This document shows positions 37,770 through 49,300 of a DNA stretch of 64,000 nucleotides, piece by piece. Positions within the stretch are counted from its first letter, which is position 1. Every line of letters starts with the position of its first letter. The stretch is taken from positions 2,948 to 66,947 of the forward strand of contig CAJQHR010000023.1 in assembly GCA_905478225.1 (NCBI GenBank). The letters run 5' to 3'. A program made the position numbers and the translations under genes. This DNA comes from an uncultured Crocinitomix sp. GTDB lineage: Bacteria; Bacteroidota; Bacteroidia; Flavobacteriales_D; Crocinitomicaceae. Under the pieces are notes generated by a model. It saw nothing but the letters and a program-made list of their open reading frames with translations. It searched no databases and was not told where the DNA came from.

Positions 37770-39407
37770 CTAATCAAAGCGAATTGCTTTAATCGGGTCA
37801 ATTTTAGTGACTAAATAGCTTGGAATAATTAATATTAGAAAGCAAACTAATATGGTGAGAAGGTTGATATAGAGAATGTGTAAAATATTAAAGTCAACAG
37901 GAATAGTATCAAGTGAATAGACCTCCGCGTTGAGCGAAAAGAAGCCCGTAAAATATTGAAATGCCAACAGTCCAAGCCCTAGAATGTTGCCCAAAATTAA
38001 GCCCCTAGACAATAAAAACAAGGCGTTGAATATGAATATTTTTTGAATACTTGAATTATAACCACCCATTGATTTAAGAATTCCAATCATATTGGTTTTT
38101 TCAAGTATTAGCACTAATAAAGAGGTAATCATGTTGATGAGTGAAACTACCAAGATTAGAATGATAATAATTAAAATATTCAGATCTAACAGATCTAACC
38201 AAGCAAAAATATCGCGGTGCATTTCAGTTATTTCGGTGGTTTTAAGGTTGTAAGGGATTTCATCAATAATGAGTTCGTTCAAATTATCAAGGTCTTCCCA
38301 GTCATGAATTAAGACCTCGAATCCGCCGGTGTATAAATGGTGCGTTCCTTTTCCATTTTCAATGTGAACCGATCCAAAAGGAGTTTTAATATCATTAGCA
38401 CTTATATATTCGACTAATGCCAAGTTCTCCTCATTGCATGAACAAATTGAATCAATTTGAATGTCAATGTACGCTGTGTCTGGAATTGATTGTGCGGTTT
38501 GACGAGAGGCCAAAGGATTAAGAGAGAAATCGGTGGAGATCAATCTTAATTTCCCAGACTTATTAAGAACTGGGTAATAGTTATCTCGAAGGTAACCCCG
38601 TCCCCAGTTGTATTCGTATGATTTTGAACCGCCAGATGTTATTCCTTTTAAAACGAATTGATTGTTGATACAAGTATCTGCAAGCGTCACAAATGTTTGA
38701 ACGCCCCAATCGTTTAATTTTTGAATGTGATGAATTTGAGTAAAGATTAATTTTTTATCAAAGTCTGCAAAGCCTGAATTGTAAATCCCTACAATCTCAA
38801 ATTTTTGTTTTTTCGGACCTGAATTATCACGGATAAAAAAAGCATCACATTTATCTCCAACATTATAACCCATTAAATTCGCAATATGCTGCGAGATCAT
38901 TACTTCTTTGTTAATGGTGTCGAAATTTATAATGCGGCCCTCAATAATTTTGTCCTCAAAAAATGTCCAATCGTAATTTTCATCAATCCCTTTAAAAAGT
39001 ACACCTAAAATATCCAAGCTTGAACGGCTGGTGTCTTTGTTTTGAATATTAAACGAAACCGAGTCGCGGTAAGATTGTAAAATAGCGGGTTTATACCCAA
39101 AGATTTGGATTTTTTTTATGGTCGGTTTTTCTTCAAGCGACGGGTAAAAATCTTGTTCGATTAGAATAGGAGCGGACTCCATGCTGTTGCTCAATCCCTG
39201 TTCCGTAATTTGGATGTGGGAACCGAATCCAATCACTTTTCCTCGGATTCCTTCTTGAAATCCTGTAATCACAGAAACTGTGATTAACATGATGGCTACA
39301 CCTAGAATAATGCTTGTGAGTGAGATAACGACAATAGGCCTTGAGAGCTTACTTTTGTCCTTACCACCACTCATTATTCGCCTTGCTATGAATAATTCGG
39401 TTTTCAA
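37770..39407 (-). CDS. FtsX/LolE-type ABC transporter permease with an enlarged periplasmic domain
   Basis: 545 aa with a TTG start. The N-terminus ELFIARRIMSGGKDKSKLSRPIVVISL is typical of LolC/E-MacB permeases. There are four TMs and a C-terminal FtsX block. No ATPase gene is adjacent. Confidence 0.8.
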   Translation of the reverse strand: MKTELFIARRIMSGGKDKSKLSRPIVVISLTSIILGVAIMLITVSVITGFQEGIRGKVIGFGSHIQITEQGLSNSMESAPILIEQDFYPSLEEKPTIKKIQIFGYKPAILQSYRDSVSFNIQNKDTSRSSLDILGVLFKGIDENYDWTFFEDKIIEGRIINFDTINKEVMISQHIANLMGYNVGDKCDAFFIRDNSGPKKQKFEIVGIYNSGFADFDKKLIFTQIHHIQKLNDWGVQTFVTLADTCINNQFVLKGITSGGSKSYEYNWGRGYLRDNYYPVLNKSGKLRLISTDFSLNPLASRQTAQSIPDTAYIDIQIDSICSCNEENLALVEYISANDIKTPFGSVHIENGKGTHHLYTGGFEVLIHDWEDLDNLNELIIDEIPYNLKTTEITEMHRDIFAWLDLLDLNILIIIILILVVSLINMITSLLVLILEKTNMIGILKSMGGYNSSIQKIFIFNALFLLSRGLILGNILGLGLLAFQYFTGFFSLNAEVYSLDTIPVDFNILHILYINLLTILVCFLILIIPSYLVTKIDPIKAIRFD

Positions 39408-39426
39408 AATGACTACATTTATGGCA

Positions 39427-39434
39427 CAAATGTA
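39427..39434 (-). promoter_or_regulatory. -7 promoter box (TACATTTG)
   Basis: Matches TAnnTTTG on the minus strand, 20 nt upstream of the TTG start at 39407. Confidence 0.3.
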
Positions 39435-39446
39435 AGATTTATAATC

Positions 39447-40712
39447 ATGTTAAAATTTAATATTTACCTTTTCACACTGGTATTAATTAGTTGTTCGGCT
39501 GGTAGTCAAAATGATACGAATACTGAGGTGACCGAAAATGGCCCCGAAATTCAAGACACAGTTATTGTTGAAGAAAAAATGTATTGCAATGATGATGTAA
39601 AAGTTGGCGCGGAACAAACAGTGGCTTATTTTTCAAAATTAGAAGGTAAACGAATCGCAGTAGTTGGTAATCAATCATCAATGCTCGGGGAAACTCATTT
39701 AGTAGATACTTTATTGGGCGCAGGGTTGGATGTGATTAGAGTGTTTTCACCTGAACATGGATTTAGAGGAACTGCAGATGCGGGCGAAAAGGTAAATAAT
39801 GAAGTAGATGAAAAAACGGGACTCCCAATTATTTCTCTTTATGGTAAAAATCGTAAACCAACGGTTAGTCAATTAGAGGGGATTGATATTGTGGTGTTCG
39901 ACATTCAGGATGTAGGTGTTCGTTTCTATACCTATATCTCCACCTTGCATTATGTTATGGAGGCTGCAGCTGGACAAGGGCTTGAATTGCTGATATTAGA
40001 CCGCCCAAATCCAAACGGACATTATGTTGATGGGCCAATTTTGAACTCAGATTTTTCGTCCTTCGTTGGCATGCATGAAGTACCGGTTGTGCATGGCATG
40101 ACCATGGGAGAGTATGCACAAATGATAAATGGCGAGAAATGGTTACCCGGCGGTATTGAGTGTTCGCTAGAAGTTGTATCTGCGGAAGGTTGGGATCATA
40201 CAAAGTTTTATGAATTGCCAATTGCGCCTTCTCCTAATTTACCGAATATGGCATCTGTTTACTTGTATCCTAGCCTTTGTTTTTTTGAAGGCACTATTGT
40301 GAGCATTGGCCGTGGAACTGACACTCCTTTTCAATTAGTTGGACACCCCGATTATAAAATTGACTCAACTGGATTAAGTTTCGAATTTGTTCCTGTGCCA
40401 AACGGCGGCGCTAAGCATCCAAAGCTCGAATCTGAGACATGTTTCGGGGTTGATTTATCTGAAATTGATTTGAAGGAGTTTCGCTCAAAAGGCGAATTAG
40501 ATTTTACTTATCTCTTCGATTTTTACGAGAACTTAGGTATGGGTAAGTCATTTTTCTTACCGAATAATTTTATCGATTTATTGGCAGGCTCTTCTGATTT
40601 AAGAAAAGGACTGATGGAAGGAAAAGGATTAGATGAAATGAAAGCGGAACGGGACGAAGCCCTGATGGCATTTAAAGAAATGCGAACAAAATATTTACTC
40701 TATACGGAGTGA
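39447..40712 (+). CDS. DUF1343-family protein (family of the exo-beta-N-acetylmuramidase NamZ), lipoprotein-like
   Basis: 421 aa. The blocks VGNQSSM, VFSPEHGFRGTADAGE, GLPIISLYG and VFDIQDVGVRFYTYISTL are characteristic of DUF1343. Confidence 0.85.
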   Translation: MLKFNIYLFTLVLISCSAGSQNDTNTEVTENGPEIQDTVIVEEKMYCNDDVKVGAEQTVAYFSKLEGKRIAVVGNQSSMLGETHLVDTLLGAGLDVIRVFSPEHGFRGTADAGEKVNNEVDEKTGLPIISLYGKNRKPTVSQLEGIDIVVFDIQDVGVRFYTYISTLHYVMEAAAGQGLELLILDRPNPNGHYVDGPILNSDFSSFVGMHEVPVVHGMTMGEYAQMINGEKWLPGGIECSLEVVSAEGWDHTKFYELPIAPSPNLPNMASVYLYPSLCFFEGTIVSIGRGTDTPFQLVGHPDYKIDSTGLSFEFVPVPNGGAKHPKLESETCFGVDLSEIDLKEFRSKGELDFTYLFDFYENLGMGKSFFLPNNFIDLLAGSSDLRKGLMEGKGLDEMKAERDEALMAFKEMRTKYLLYTE

Positions 40713-40779
40713 TTTGCTGACCCCCTCTAGGTTCAGGTCTTATGAAGAAGTCAAATCAACGATTACATAGCGTTTGCCT

Positions 40780-42108
40780 TCAAAAATCTAATCCCATCTG
40801 ATCAATTTGAGCCAGTATCGTTTTGCGCTCTTCAACCAATTCTTGAATTTTTTTCGTGTCCGCTTTTCCGTACGCGAATACATTAGCCAATTTTTTGATT
40901 TGAACATAAGCGAAAACTCCAGTAACAGCTGGAACAATCAGGAAGTAGGCAACAGCGAGCCAATAGTTGGGGTAGATATATGAATAAAACAGAAATATGA
41001 AGGCGAAATTGTAAATCGTAGACAGTAATGCACCAACCAGCAATTTTACGCCACTCCAAAAAACATCTCTCTTAAAACGACCTTCAACAAAACGTTTAAT
41101 CAATATGTAAGGAATGAGTTGGTGAACTAAACCAACAATTGTTAACGGTAAACAAAGTAGAAAAACTAAAACAGTGGGGAGTGTTTTTTTCGAATTGGTT
41201 TGGGCATAACTGTTTACCCAGTTTTCACTAATTTTTGCACGTTTTAATTTGTCGAAATATTGTTTAACAGTTTCTTTCAGGCTATTCCAATTGTCAGTAT
41301 TTTCATCATATTCCGCATTGATTTTATTGGCGAGTGCCTTAGAGTATTCATAGCGTTTTAACAATGGGATTTTTGAATTTTGATGGAAATGGTTCATCCC
41401 TTTTCGTGTCAAAATTGAAATGTTTTCTACAAAAGGCTCAATGTCTTTTTGGTCAACATAGGTCAATTGTTCCTGCATTGATTTTTGCACGTCACGGGTC
41501 AACTTTGTAATTGCCAGACTCGGGCTTTCCTCGTAAATTTCTTTATATTCTTTCAGGTAGATCGGTTCTCCAAACGCAACGACAACATTTGAACGGAAAT
41601 GTTTTGGGTGAGAGTAGTTCAAACTAATCGTTTGTACTTTGATGTCAGCCTCCCAATTGCATTCCACCATAGTGTCAAAACCAATTCGAGCGGGACCTTT
41701 TTTTATCGGTTTTAGACTTCTAATAAAGGTATTATCAGTGTAGCCTTCTCCGAAAAGAATTAAGGATTTTTTACGCATCAATACTTTGCGCAAATAACGG
41801 AACGAATCTTTGTTTTTTTCATGAGAATCTGCTCCATCTTCCGCTTTTCTAAAAATGGGAACCATATGTGAAGCCCATGTTATGGGTTTGAGCCACCATT
41901 TAAAAATATCACCTCTTGTCACGAAATAAAGAACGGGCATTTGGTAATTTCCTGCGACTAACGGATCTATAAATGCACTCGGGTGATTACAAACGAAAAT
42001 GGTTTGTGCATTGAATCGACGTTGGGCGTTAACTGAACGCGCTTTTCTGTAAAAAATTACCATAACATATGGTAACAGAAATCTTAAAAGCAAATACAGA
42101 GGTCTCAT
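40780..42108 (-). CDS. Lysophospholipid/glycerol-phosphate acyltransferase-family protein with a C-terminal membrane domain
   Basis: 442 aa with acyltransferase block I (CNHPSAFIDP) and block III (LFGEGYT), plus 3-4 C-terminal TM helices. Confidence 0.75.
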   Translation of the reverse strand: MRPLYLLLRFLLPYVMVIFYRKARSVNAQRRFNAQTIFVCNHPSAFIDPLVAGNYQMPVLYFVTRGDIFKWWLKPITWASHMVPIFRKAEDGADSHEKNKDSFRYLRKVLMRKKSLILFGEGYTDNTFIRSLKPIKKGPARIGFDTMVECNWEADIKVQTISLNYSHPKHFRSNVVVAFGEPIYLKEYKEIYEESPSLAITKLTRDVQKSMQEQLTYVDQKDIEPFVENISILTRKGMNHFHQNSKIPLLKRYEYSKALANKINAEYDENTDNWNSLKETVKQYFDKLKRAKISENWVNSYAQTNSKKTLPTVLVFLLCLPLTIVGLVHQLIPYILIKRFVEGRFKRDVFWSGVKLLVGALLSTIYNFAFIFLFYSYIYPNYWLAVAYFLIVPAVTGVFAYVQIKKLANVFAYGKADTKKIQELVEERKTILAQIDQMGLDF

Positions 42109-42176
42109 ATTGGCGGTAAAAGTAATAATTTCTGTTAAAAAAAGTTAAGCCAAAACTATAATTGGCTGAGTTGCGT

Positions 42177-42184
42177 TAAATTTG
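42177..42184 (+). promoter_or_regulatory. -7 promoter box (TAAATTTG)
   Basis: Matches TAnnTTTG, 20 nt upstream of the TTG start at 42205. Confidence 0.35.
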
Positions 42185-42204
42185 GTATTTACACATTACA
42201 GCCT

Positions 42205-43818
42205 TTGAAGAAAAATCGATTTAAAATATTGTTAAGTATTATGTCCATAGCCTTGCTAGGACTACTGATGTTGCAGTTTTATTGGATCAGAAATGTGCAT
42301 CAAATGGCTCAGGATCGATTTGAGGAACAAGTTAAAAGCGCCCTAGAAAGTACGGCTGCGGACTTGGAAATGCTTGAAATAATGCCGCTTTTTGATCAAG
42401 ATTTATCCCAACAAGATTTACAGGACAACTATAAGGATTTTGTGAATTCAGAGTTTGGAGACGTAATGCACGTGGATGAATCGATCGAAATTAGAGATAC
42501 AACAATTACCAAAAACGGCGAGAAATATCAGTTTTTAGTTGTTAAAGGTTCTATTACTGACTCCACAACGGGGCTAACTGCTGAAAGTCGCATATTGACA
42601 AAGAAGTTGGGAGACGTAATTCCTGCTGATTTAGAGGGTGATTTTTTGAAATTCCAAGATTCAAATTCATACGCTATTCAAGTAAGTAATTCATTTAACC
42701 GCCAAATTATGCGAAAATCGCAGTCTCTAGGGGAAATGATGGTGAAAATGTATTCTGGAAATTATTTTGATGATATTTCTTTTCGCCTTAACATTTTTAT
42801 GCTAGATACTATTTTGGCTAAAAATTTAACAAAACATGAATTGGATACGGCATTTATCTTTAGTATCATAAGTAATTCAAATTCGGATGTGACCTTTGAG
42901 AACACTCCATCTCGTTATAGCGTCTTGCCTTTCGAATCTGATTTTAAAACAGCATTATATCCAGAGGATTTAATAAACAATGATTATGAATTGATGGTTT
43001 CATTTTCGGATCAGGAAACCTTTCTTTGGAAAGAAATGACAGGTACGCTATTGGCCTCGGTTTTCTTAGTCTTCATCATTGTGTTTGCCTTTTATTTATC
43101 TGTCTCAACTATATATAAGCAAAAGCAATTGTCTGAAATTAAGAATGATTTTATAAGTAATATGACGCATGAGTTGAAAACACCAATTTCCACTATTTCA
43201 TTGGCATGTGAGGCCATTCAAGATCCAGATGTTGGAAATGATCAAGAATCCTTGAATGGGCTTGTTTCTATGATTGATCAGGAAAATAAACGATTGGGAA
43301 AATTGGTTGAAAATGTATTGCAAACCGCCCTCTTGGAAAAAGGCAAAATGAACCTGAAATTGAGTGAGGTGCGTTTAGATAATCTTGTTAGAGACATTGT
43401 TCATGCTTTTCAAATCCGATTTAAAAATGCGTCTGGTCAAATTCATATCGAACACTTAGATGAAGTTGTAACGGATTTAGATAAGATTCATTTTGGTAAT
43501 ATCATTTATAACCTTTTAGATAACGCACTAAAGTATTGTGCGGCTGCACCAGAAGTGTTTGTTCGACTCACCAAAACAGCAAAAGGTTATGAGCTGTATT
43601 TCAAGGACAACGGAATCGGTATTAAAAAGGACGACCAAAAAAGAATTTTTGAAAAACTATACCGTGTACCTACAGGTGATGTGCATAACGTAAAAGGATT
43701 TGGATTAGGATTAAATTATGTCGATTCGATCGTGAAACTGCATAGCGGAGAAATTACGGTAGAGAGCAGCATTGGTAAAGGATCAACTTTTAAAATATAC
43801 ATTGAAAATGAGCGATAA
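42205..43818 (+). CDS. Sensor histidine kinase
   Basis: 537 aa: TM, ~250-aa extracytoplasmic region, second TM, HisKA H-box (SNMTHELKTPIS), and HATPase N/G boxes (LDNALKY, DNGIGI, GFGLGL). Confidence 0.9.
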   Translation: MKKNRFKILLSIMSIALLGLLMLQFYWIRNVHQMAQDRFEEQVKSALESTAADLEMLEIMPLFDQDLSQQDLQDNYKDFVNSEFGDVMHVDESIEIRDTTITKNGEKYQFLVVKGSITDSTTGLTAESRILTKKLGDVIPADLEGDFLKFQDSNSYAIQVSNSFNRQIMRKSQSLGEMMVKMYSGNYFDDISFRLNIFMLDTILAKNLTKHELDTAFIFSIISNSNSDVTFENTPSRYSVLPFESDFKTALYPEDLINNDYELMVSFSDQETFLWKEMTGTLLASVFLVFIIVFAFYLSVSTIYKQKQLSEIKNDFISNMTHELKTPISTISLACEAIQDPDVGNDQESLNGLVSMIDQENKRLGKLVENVLQTALLEKGKMNLKLSEVRLDNLVRDIVHAFQIRFKNASGQIHIEHLDEVVTDLDKIHFGNIIYNLLDNALKYCAAAPEVFVRLTKTAKGYELYFKDNGIGIKKDDQKRIFEKLYRVPTGDVHNVKGFGLGLNYVDSIVKLHSGEITVESSIGKGSTFKIYIENER

Positions 43819-44497
43819 AGCAAAAATATTATTAGCCGAAGACGATACAAATTTAGGGACATTGCTTTCGAATTATTTAAAAGCAAAATCTTTTGATGTA
43901 ACTCTTTGTGTGAACGGTGAAATTGCGCTAACTCGTTTTCAAGAGCAATTATTTGATTTCATTATTCTTGATGTGATGATGCCTGTAAAAGATGGTTTTG
44001 CGGTGGCGAAAGAAATAAGAAAGTCAGATTCAGAAATTCCTATCTTATTTTTGACGGCGAAGTCCATGAAGGATGACAAATTACATGGTTTTGATGTTGG
44101 TGGAGATGATTATATGACCAAACCTTTTTCAATGGAGGAGCTTTTGGCACGAATTAACGCCATTTTGAAAAGATCATACAAAGAAGGTAAAAAAGAAACT
44201 AGTTTTGAAGTGGGTGATATTCAATATGACTATTTACAGCAAATGGTTCAAATTGGTGGAGCGGATAAAAAATTGACAACCAAGGAAAATGAGTTGTTTT
44301 ATTTATTGGTGAAAAATCAGGATGGAATTCTGGATAGAAATGACGCATTGAAGCAAGTTTGGGGAGATGATAACTACTTTAATGGAAGAAGTATGGATGT
44401 ATACATTACAAAACTTCGAAAATATATGAGCGCTTCAGAAAAAGTTGAAATTATGAACGTTCATGGGAAGGGGTTCAGACTTTTGATAAAAAACTAA
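43808..44497 (+). CDS. OmpR/PhoB-type response regulator
   Basis: The ATG at 43808 overlaps the kinase stop (ATGAGCGATAA). It has a receiver domain (ILLAEDD...DVMMP...LTAK) and a winged-helix output domain. The track start at 43772 lies inside the kinase gene. Confidence 0.9.
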   Translation: MSDKAKILLAEDDTNLGTLLSNYLKAKSFDVTLCVNGEIALTRFQEQLFDFIILDVMMPVKDGFAVAKEIRKSDSEIPILFLTAKSMKDDKLHGFDVGGDDYMTKPFSMEELLARINAILKRSYKEGKKETSFEVGDIQYDYLQQMVQIGGADKKLTTKENELFYLLVKNQDGILDRNDALKQVWGDDNYFNGRSMDVYITKLRKYMSASEKVEIMNVHGKGFRLLIKN

Positions 44498-44539
44498 AAA
44501 AGGAAGGTAAAATCCTTCGTTTCCACTAATTTTGTACCA

Positions 44540-46237
44540 ATGAATACCACCAAAATTAGTCATGTTGCCCATTTGATTGAAATATGTGCGCAACACGGAG
44601 TTACCAAGGTTGTTATTTCACCCGGTTCTCGCAACGCCCCTTTAATTATTGGGTTTGATGCCCATCCTAAAATCGAAGTGTTTCTCGTGCATGACGAACG
44701 CAGTGCGGCATTTGTGGCTTTGGGAATGGCCGAACAAACTAAATCGCCTGTAGCGCTAACATGCACTTCTGGAAGTGCTCCTGTGAATTATGCACCGGCT
44801 ATCTCTGAGGCTTATTACCGTAATATTCCGTTAGTTGTTTTAACTGCCGACCGCCCTGTAGAGTTGATCGATCAAGGGGATGGGCAAACAATTCGACAAA
44901 AGAACCTTTATCAAAATTTTATAAAAGGCAGTTATGAACTGCCAAATTTCCCTTCTAAAAATGAGCGGATTTTAAGTGATGAAATTGCGAATGAAGCATT
45001 AAATATGGCCGTGCAAATTCCTAAAGGTCCTGTTCATATTAATGTTCCATTGGCCGAACCTTTATATGAAACGCAAGAGTTGTCCACTGTGCCAATTTTG
45101 GCTATAAACGAGCCTCAAAGTAATGCTCTTTCAAAGACTGAAAAGTCGGAGATAAGTGAGGCTTGGCACAGTGCACCAAAGAAATTGATTTTAATTGGAC
45201 AATTCGACCCAAATGCGCTGAGTATAGAGGCGCTTGATTCGGTATTAGGCGATCCGTCTGTTGCGATATTAGTTGAAAACACCTCGAATTTAAGGCATTT
45301 TCAACGCATTTGTCATTCTATTGATCGCACGCTTGCGCTTATAAGTGACCAAGAGATGCATAATTATTCACCTGATTTGTTAGTGACAATGGGGGGTGCA
45401 ATAATTTCAAAAAAGATTAAAGCATTTTTACGCAAAAATAAAGCTGCGGTAAATTACCGTGTAGGGCAATTTCTTTTTGAAGAAGACACCTATCAAAGCT
45501 TAACTCGCTCGTTTAATGTGAGACCTACGGCTTTCTTTAATTTTATTGGATCTTTGGACAAAACAGTGACTTCAAATTTTGGAGGGAAATGGAAACAAAA
45601 AGATTTTTTGGCAAATGAAATTCATACCAATTATTTAGAAGAGGCTCCATTTTCAGATTTGAAGGCTTTTGAGCTTATTTTGGATACCATACCAGACGAT
45701 TCAAATTTACATATGGCCAATAGTTCTGTGGTTCGATATTGTCAATTATTCAATCCTATCCGAGGAGTTTCATATTACAGTAATCGAGGTGTTAGTGGTA
45801 TTGATGGGTCTACAAGTACAGCTCTGGGAATCGCAATTTCTTCTCCAGAAAAATTGAATTTGCTGATTTCAGGTGATACTTCGTTTTTTTATGATTCAAA
45901 TGCCTTTTGGAATAATTATTTAAGCTCGAATTTCCGCGTTCTTGTAATAAATAATGGTGGTGGTGGCATTTTTAAAATTATTGATGGCCCAAATCAGTCC
46001 CCGCAAGCACACCATTTTGTAGCTGAATTTAACGCGAAAATAAAATCAATTTGCGAAGCATTTAATGTGCATTATTTAGTCGCAAATTCAGCGCGTGAAT
46101 TAGAGGCCGTTTTTCATAATTTTTATGAAATAAAAGAAGACGGAAGACCTGTTTTATTAGAGGTGAATACATGGGAAATCGAGAACGAAAAAGTCCTCAA
46201 AAATTATTTCAAAAAAATTGCCAAAGGCACACCATAA
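44540..46237 (+). CDS. menD: 2-succinyl-5-enolpyruvyl-6-hydroxy-3-cyclohexene-1-carboxylate synthase
   Basis: 565 aa with the N-terminal block VVISPGSRNAPL and the ThDP-binding motif GDTSFFYDSNAF...NNGGGGIF, co-linear with MenD. Confidence 0.9.
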   Translation: MNTTKISHVAHLIEICAQHGVTKVVISPGSRNAPLIIGFDAHPKIEVFLVHDERSAAFVALGMAEQTKSPVALTCTSGSAPVNYAPAISEAYYRNIPLVVLTADRPVELIDQGDGQTIRQKNLYQNFIKGSYELPNFPSKNERILSDEIANEALNMAVQIPKGPVHINVPLAEPLYETQELSTVPILAINEPQSNALSKTEKSEISEAWHSAPKKLILIGQFDPNALSIEALDSVLGDPSVAILVENTSNLRHFQRICHSIDRTLALISDQEMHNYSPDLLVTMGGAIISKKIKAFLRKNKAAVNYRVGQFLFEEDTYQSLTRSFNVRPTAFFNFIGSLDKTVTSNFGGKWKQKDFLANEIHTNYLEEAPFSDLKAFELILDTIPDDSNLHMANSSVVRYCQLFNPIRGVSYYSNRGVSGIDGSTSTALGIAISSPEKLNLLISGDTSFFYDSNAFWNNYLSSNFRVLVINNGGGGIFKIIDGPNQSPQAHHFVAEFNAKIKSICEAFNVHYLVANSARELEAVFHNFYEIKEDGRPVLLEVNTWEIENEKVLKNYFKKIAKGTP

Positions 46238-46282
46238 ATATAAAATTGTGTTGGATTGAGATACTCTCGTCGATTCTATGTG

Positions 46283-46290
46283 TATTTTTG
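46283..46290 (+). promoter_or_regulatory. -7 promoter box (TATTTTTG)
   Basis: Matches TAnnTTTG, 48 nt upstream of the ATG at 46338. Confidence 0.3.
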
Positions 46291-46337
46291 TCGAAAAAAG
46301 CCAACTAAACCCTTTTTAATTCGTCTATATACGTCGT

Positions 46338-49300
46338 ATGCGCGCATTGCTAATTTTAATCTTAAGCAGTATTGTTTCAATCACTGGGAATTCTCAGATG
46401 ATATTGAGTGGAGTTGCCACTGGTTCGTGTGATTGTTATGAACTGACAGATTTCACCAACCAGACTGGTTCAGTTTGGAGCCCCGGAACAATTGATTTGA
46501 CCAATTCATTTGACATGTCATTTGAAGTGAATTTGGGCGTTGATGATGTTTGGGGAGCAGACGGAATGGTATTCGCTTTACGTCAGTCTGGCACCTCACC
46601 CGGAGGAATAGGAAATGGAATGGGCTATAGTGGAATTACCAATTCAATTGGAGTTGAAATTGACACTTGGAACAGTTCTCCAGCGGTACCTAGTGACGTT
46701 GTTTCAGACCACGTTGGAATGAGTTCAAACGGAGCAGTTGATCATGGGCTAGTTGCACCACAAACAATTGCTAATATTGAAGACGGACTCTATCATACAT
46801 TCAGAGCGACGTGGGATCCTGTAGCACTTGATTTTGAAGTTTTTTTAGATGGCACTAGCATTTTTGTTTATACTGGAGATTTAGTAGCTCTTTATTTTGG
46901 AGGAGTTCCAGATGTATATTTTGGATGGACTGGCGGTACTGGTGGTGTTGATAATGTGCAATCTGTCTGTATGTATCGTGATGCTGATTTTAGTTCAGAT
47001 GTGATTACTGCATGTGTTGGTCAAACAGTCACTTTTACTGACGAATCAACCAGTGATTTAATTTATAATTCAGAAGAAGCCGTAACATGGGATTGGGATT
47101 TCGGTGACGGTGGAACATCTGTACTTCAGAACCCCACGCATGATTTTACTGTCGTTGGAACATACACGGTAACCTTGACAATAACTGACATTTCAGGATG
47201 CAGTTCTACCGAAACATTCGACATTGACATTACCGCTGGCTTAGATCTTACAATGACGCATACAGATGTCACCTGTTTTGGTGATGATGATGGAACGGGA
47301 ACTGCAATACCAACCACTGGTGTGGGGCCTTATGTCTTTCTTTGGGATGACCCCCTTACTCAGGCAACTGAAACTGCAGTTGATTTAGCGCCAAACACCT
47401 ATGACGTTATTGTAACAGATGATTTGGGTTGTGTAGGAACGGGTACGGTAACAATTTTAGAACCATTAGAATTAGTTTTAGATTCTTCAACTCCTACAAA
47501 TGCAAGTTGTGGTTTGGCAAACGGTACAATAACCGTTTTAGCATCAGGCGGATCACCAGCTTTAGAATATAGTGTAGATGGCGGTGTTACCTATCAACCA
47601 ACAGGAGACTTTATTGGGTTAACGAATGGAACCTATGATGTGGTTGTGAGAGATGCAAATGGTTGCACGGTTACAACCACGACAATTGTTGATTTAGATT
47701 CACCATTGGTAATTGATGATGTTGTAGTAACAGATGATTCTTGTTTGCCAGGAAATGATGGTACAATCACGGTTAGTGCTTCTGCAGGTGTAGCACCTTT
47801 CCAGTTTAGTTTAGACGGTGGCGTTACCTATCAACCTTCTAATTTCTTTGATTTATTGGCTCCAGGGCCTTATACAGTTACTGTAATGGATGATGTGGGT
47901 TGCACAATTACTGAAGATGTTGTTGTAGGCGCTTTGCCAACTATTATTGTTGATTTAATTACAGTAGTTGATGCGACTTGCAACGGCGGTTCTGATGGAT
48001 CAATTGATATTGATGTGTCAGGTGGATCACCAGCTTATCAATATAGTATTGACGGTGGAGCATCTTTTCTGCCAACAGATTTATTTACAGGTTTAACCGC
48101 CGGAGTATATGATATTGAAGTAACAGATGCGACTGGGTGCGTTGTTGTGGACGCCGCAATTGTAGGTGAACCAACGACCATCTCAATTGACGCTGTTCTT
48201 TCCACTGATGTTTCTTGTACAGGTTTGTCAGATGGAGAATTTGAATTGGTTGTTTCTGGCGGAACGCCAGGTTATCTATACAGTAATGACGGTGGGGCTT
48301 CTTTCCAAGTGAGTCCTGTATTTACTGGAATGGCAGCAGGCCCTTATGATTTAATTATTGAGGATGCTAACGGATGCACCGTTGCTGGAGTAACTGACGT
48401 AGTTGAACCAACGCCTTTAGTCATTGATGATGTATTAGTTACTGATGTCACGTGTAACGGATTAATGGATGGCGAAGTAACGATAGTTGCTAGCGGAGGA
48501 ACCGTAGTATACGAGTACAGTGTAGACGGTGGTCTATATCAAATTTCACCAACGTTCACTGGCATAGGTGGCGGTGCAATTACAGTGGGCGTAATTGACG
48601 GAAATGGATGCACCACAACTGCTGATGCTTTCTTGGATGAGGCAGATCCAATTGTGCTAACAATGGGACCAGATACTATAATTTGTTTAGGTGGCGCAGC
48701 AACACTTTGCCCAACCGTTACAGGTGGTACGGCTCCATATACTTATACTTGGGACGGAGCGGCTGATGTTGAATGTTTAGTAACTTCTACAATTGGCGTG
48801 CATACACTGGAAATTGAAGATATTAATGGTTGCACAACTGACATTTTAGAACAAACAGTAAATCAATATATTCCATTAGCGGTATTCGGCTCGGCTTCTG
48901 TTTCGGTTTGTCCGGGAGATGCGGTGGTCATTGCAGGAGAGGCCTCTGGGGAAGGACCTGATGGTTACACGTATGAATGGACAAATGATTTGGATGGTAC
49001 TGTTTTGTCCGGTCCAGTTCAAACGGTTACACCTGGTTCAACAACTACTTATACATTAACTGTGAGCAGCGGATGTGAAAATACAGCAACAACTACCGTT
49101 ACCATAACAACTTATGATATCCCAGATATTGCAATTGTGGCGGATAAATATGAAGGTTGTGAAGATTTAAAAGAGAATTTTGAAAGCTTGACAGATGTCT
49201 TTTTGGTAGAATCAATGATTTGGGATTTGGGTGATGGCAGCATTGCAGCTGGTGAAGAAGTGACGCACACATATACCTATGCAGATTGTTTCGATATCAA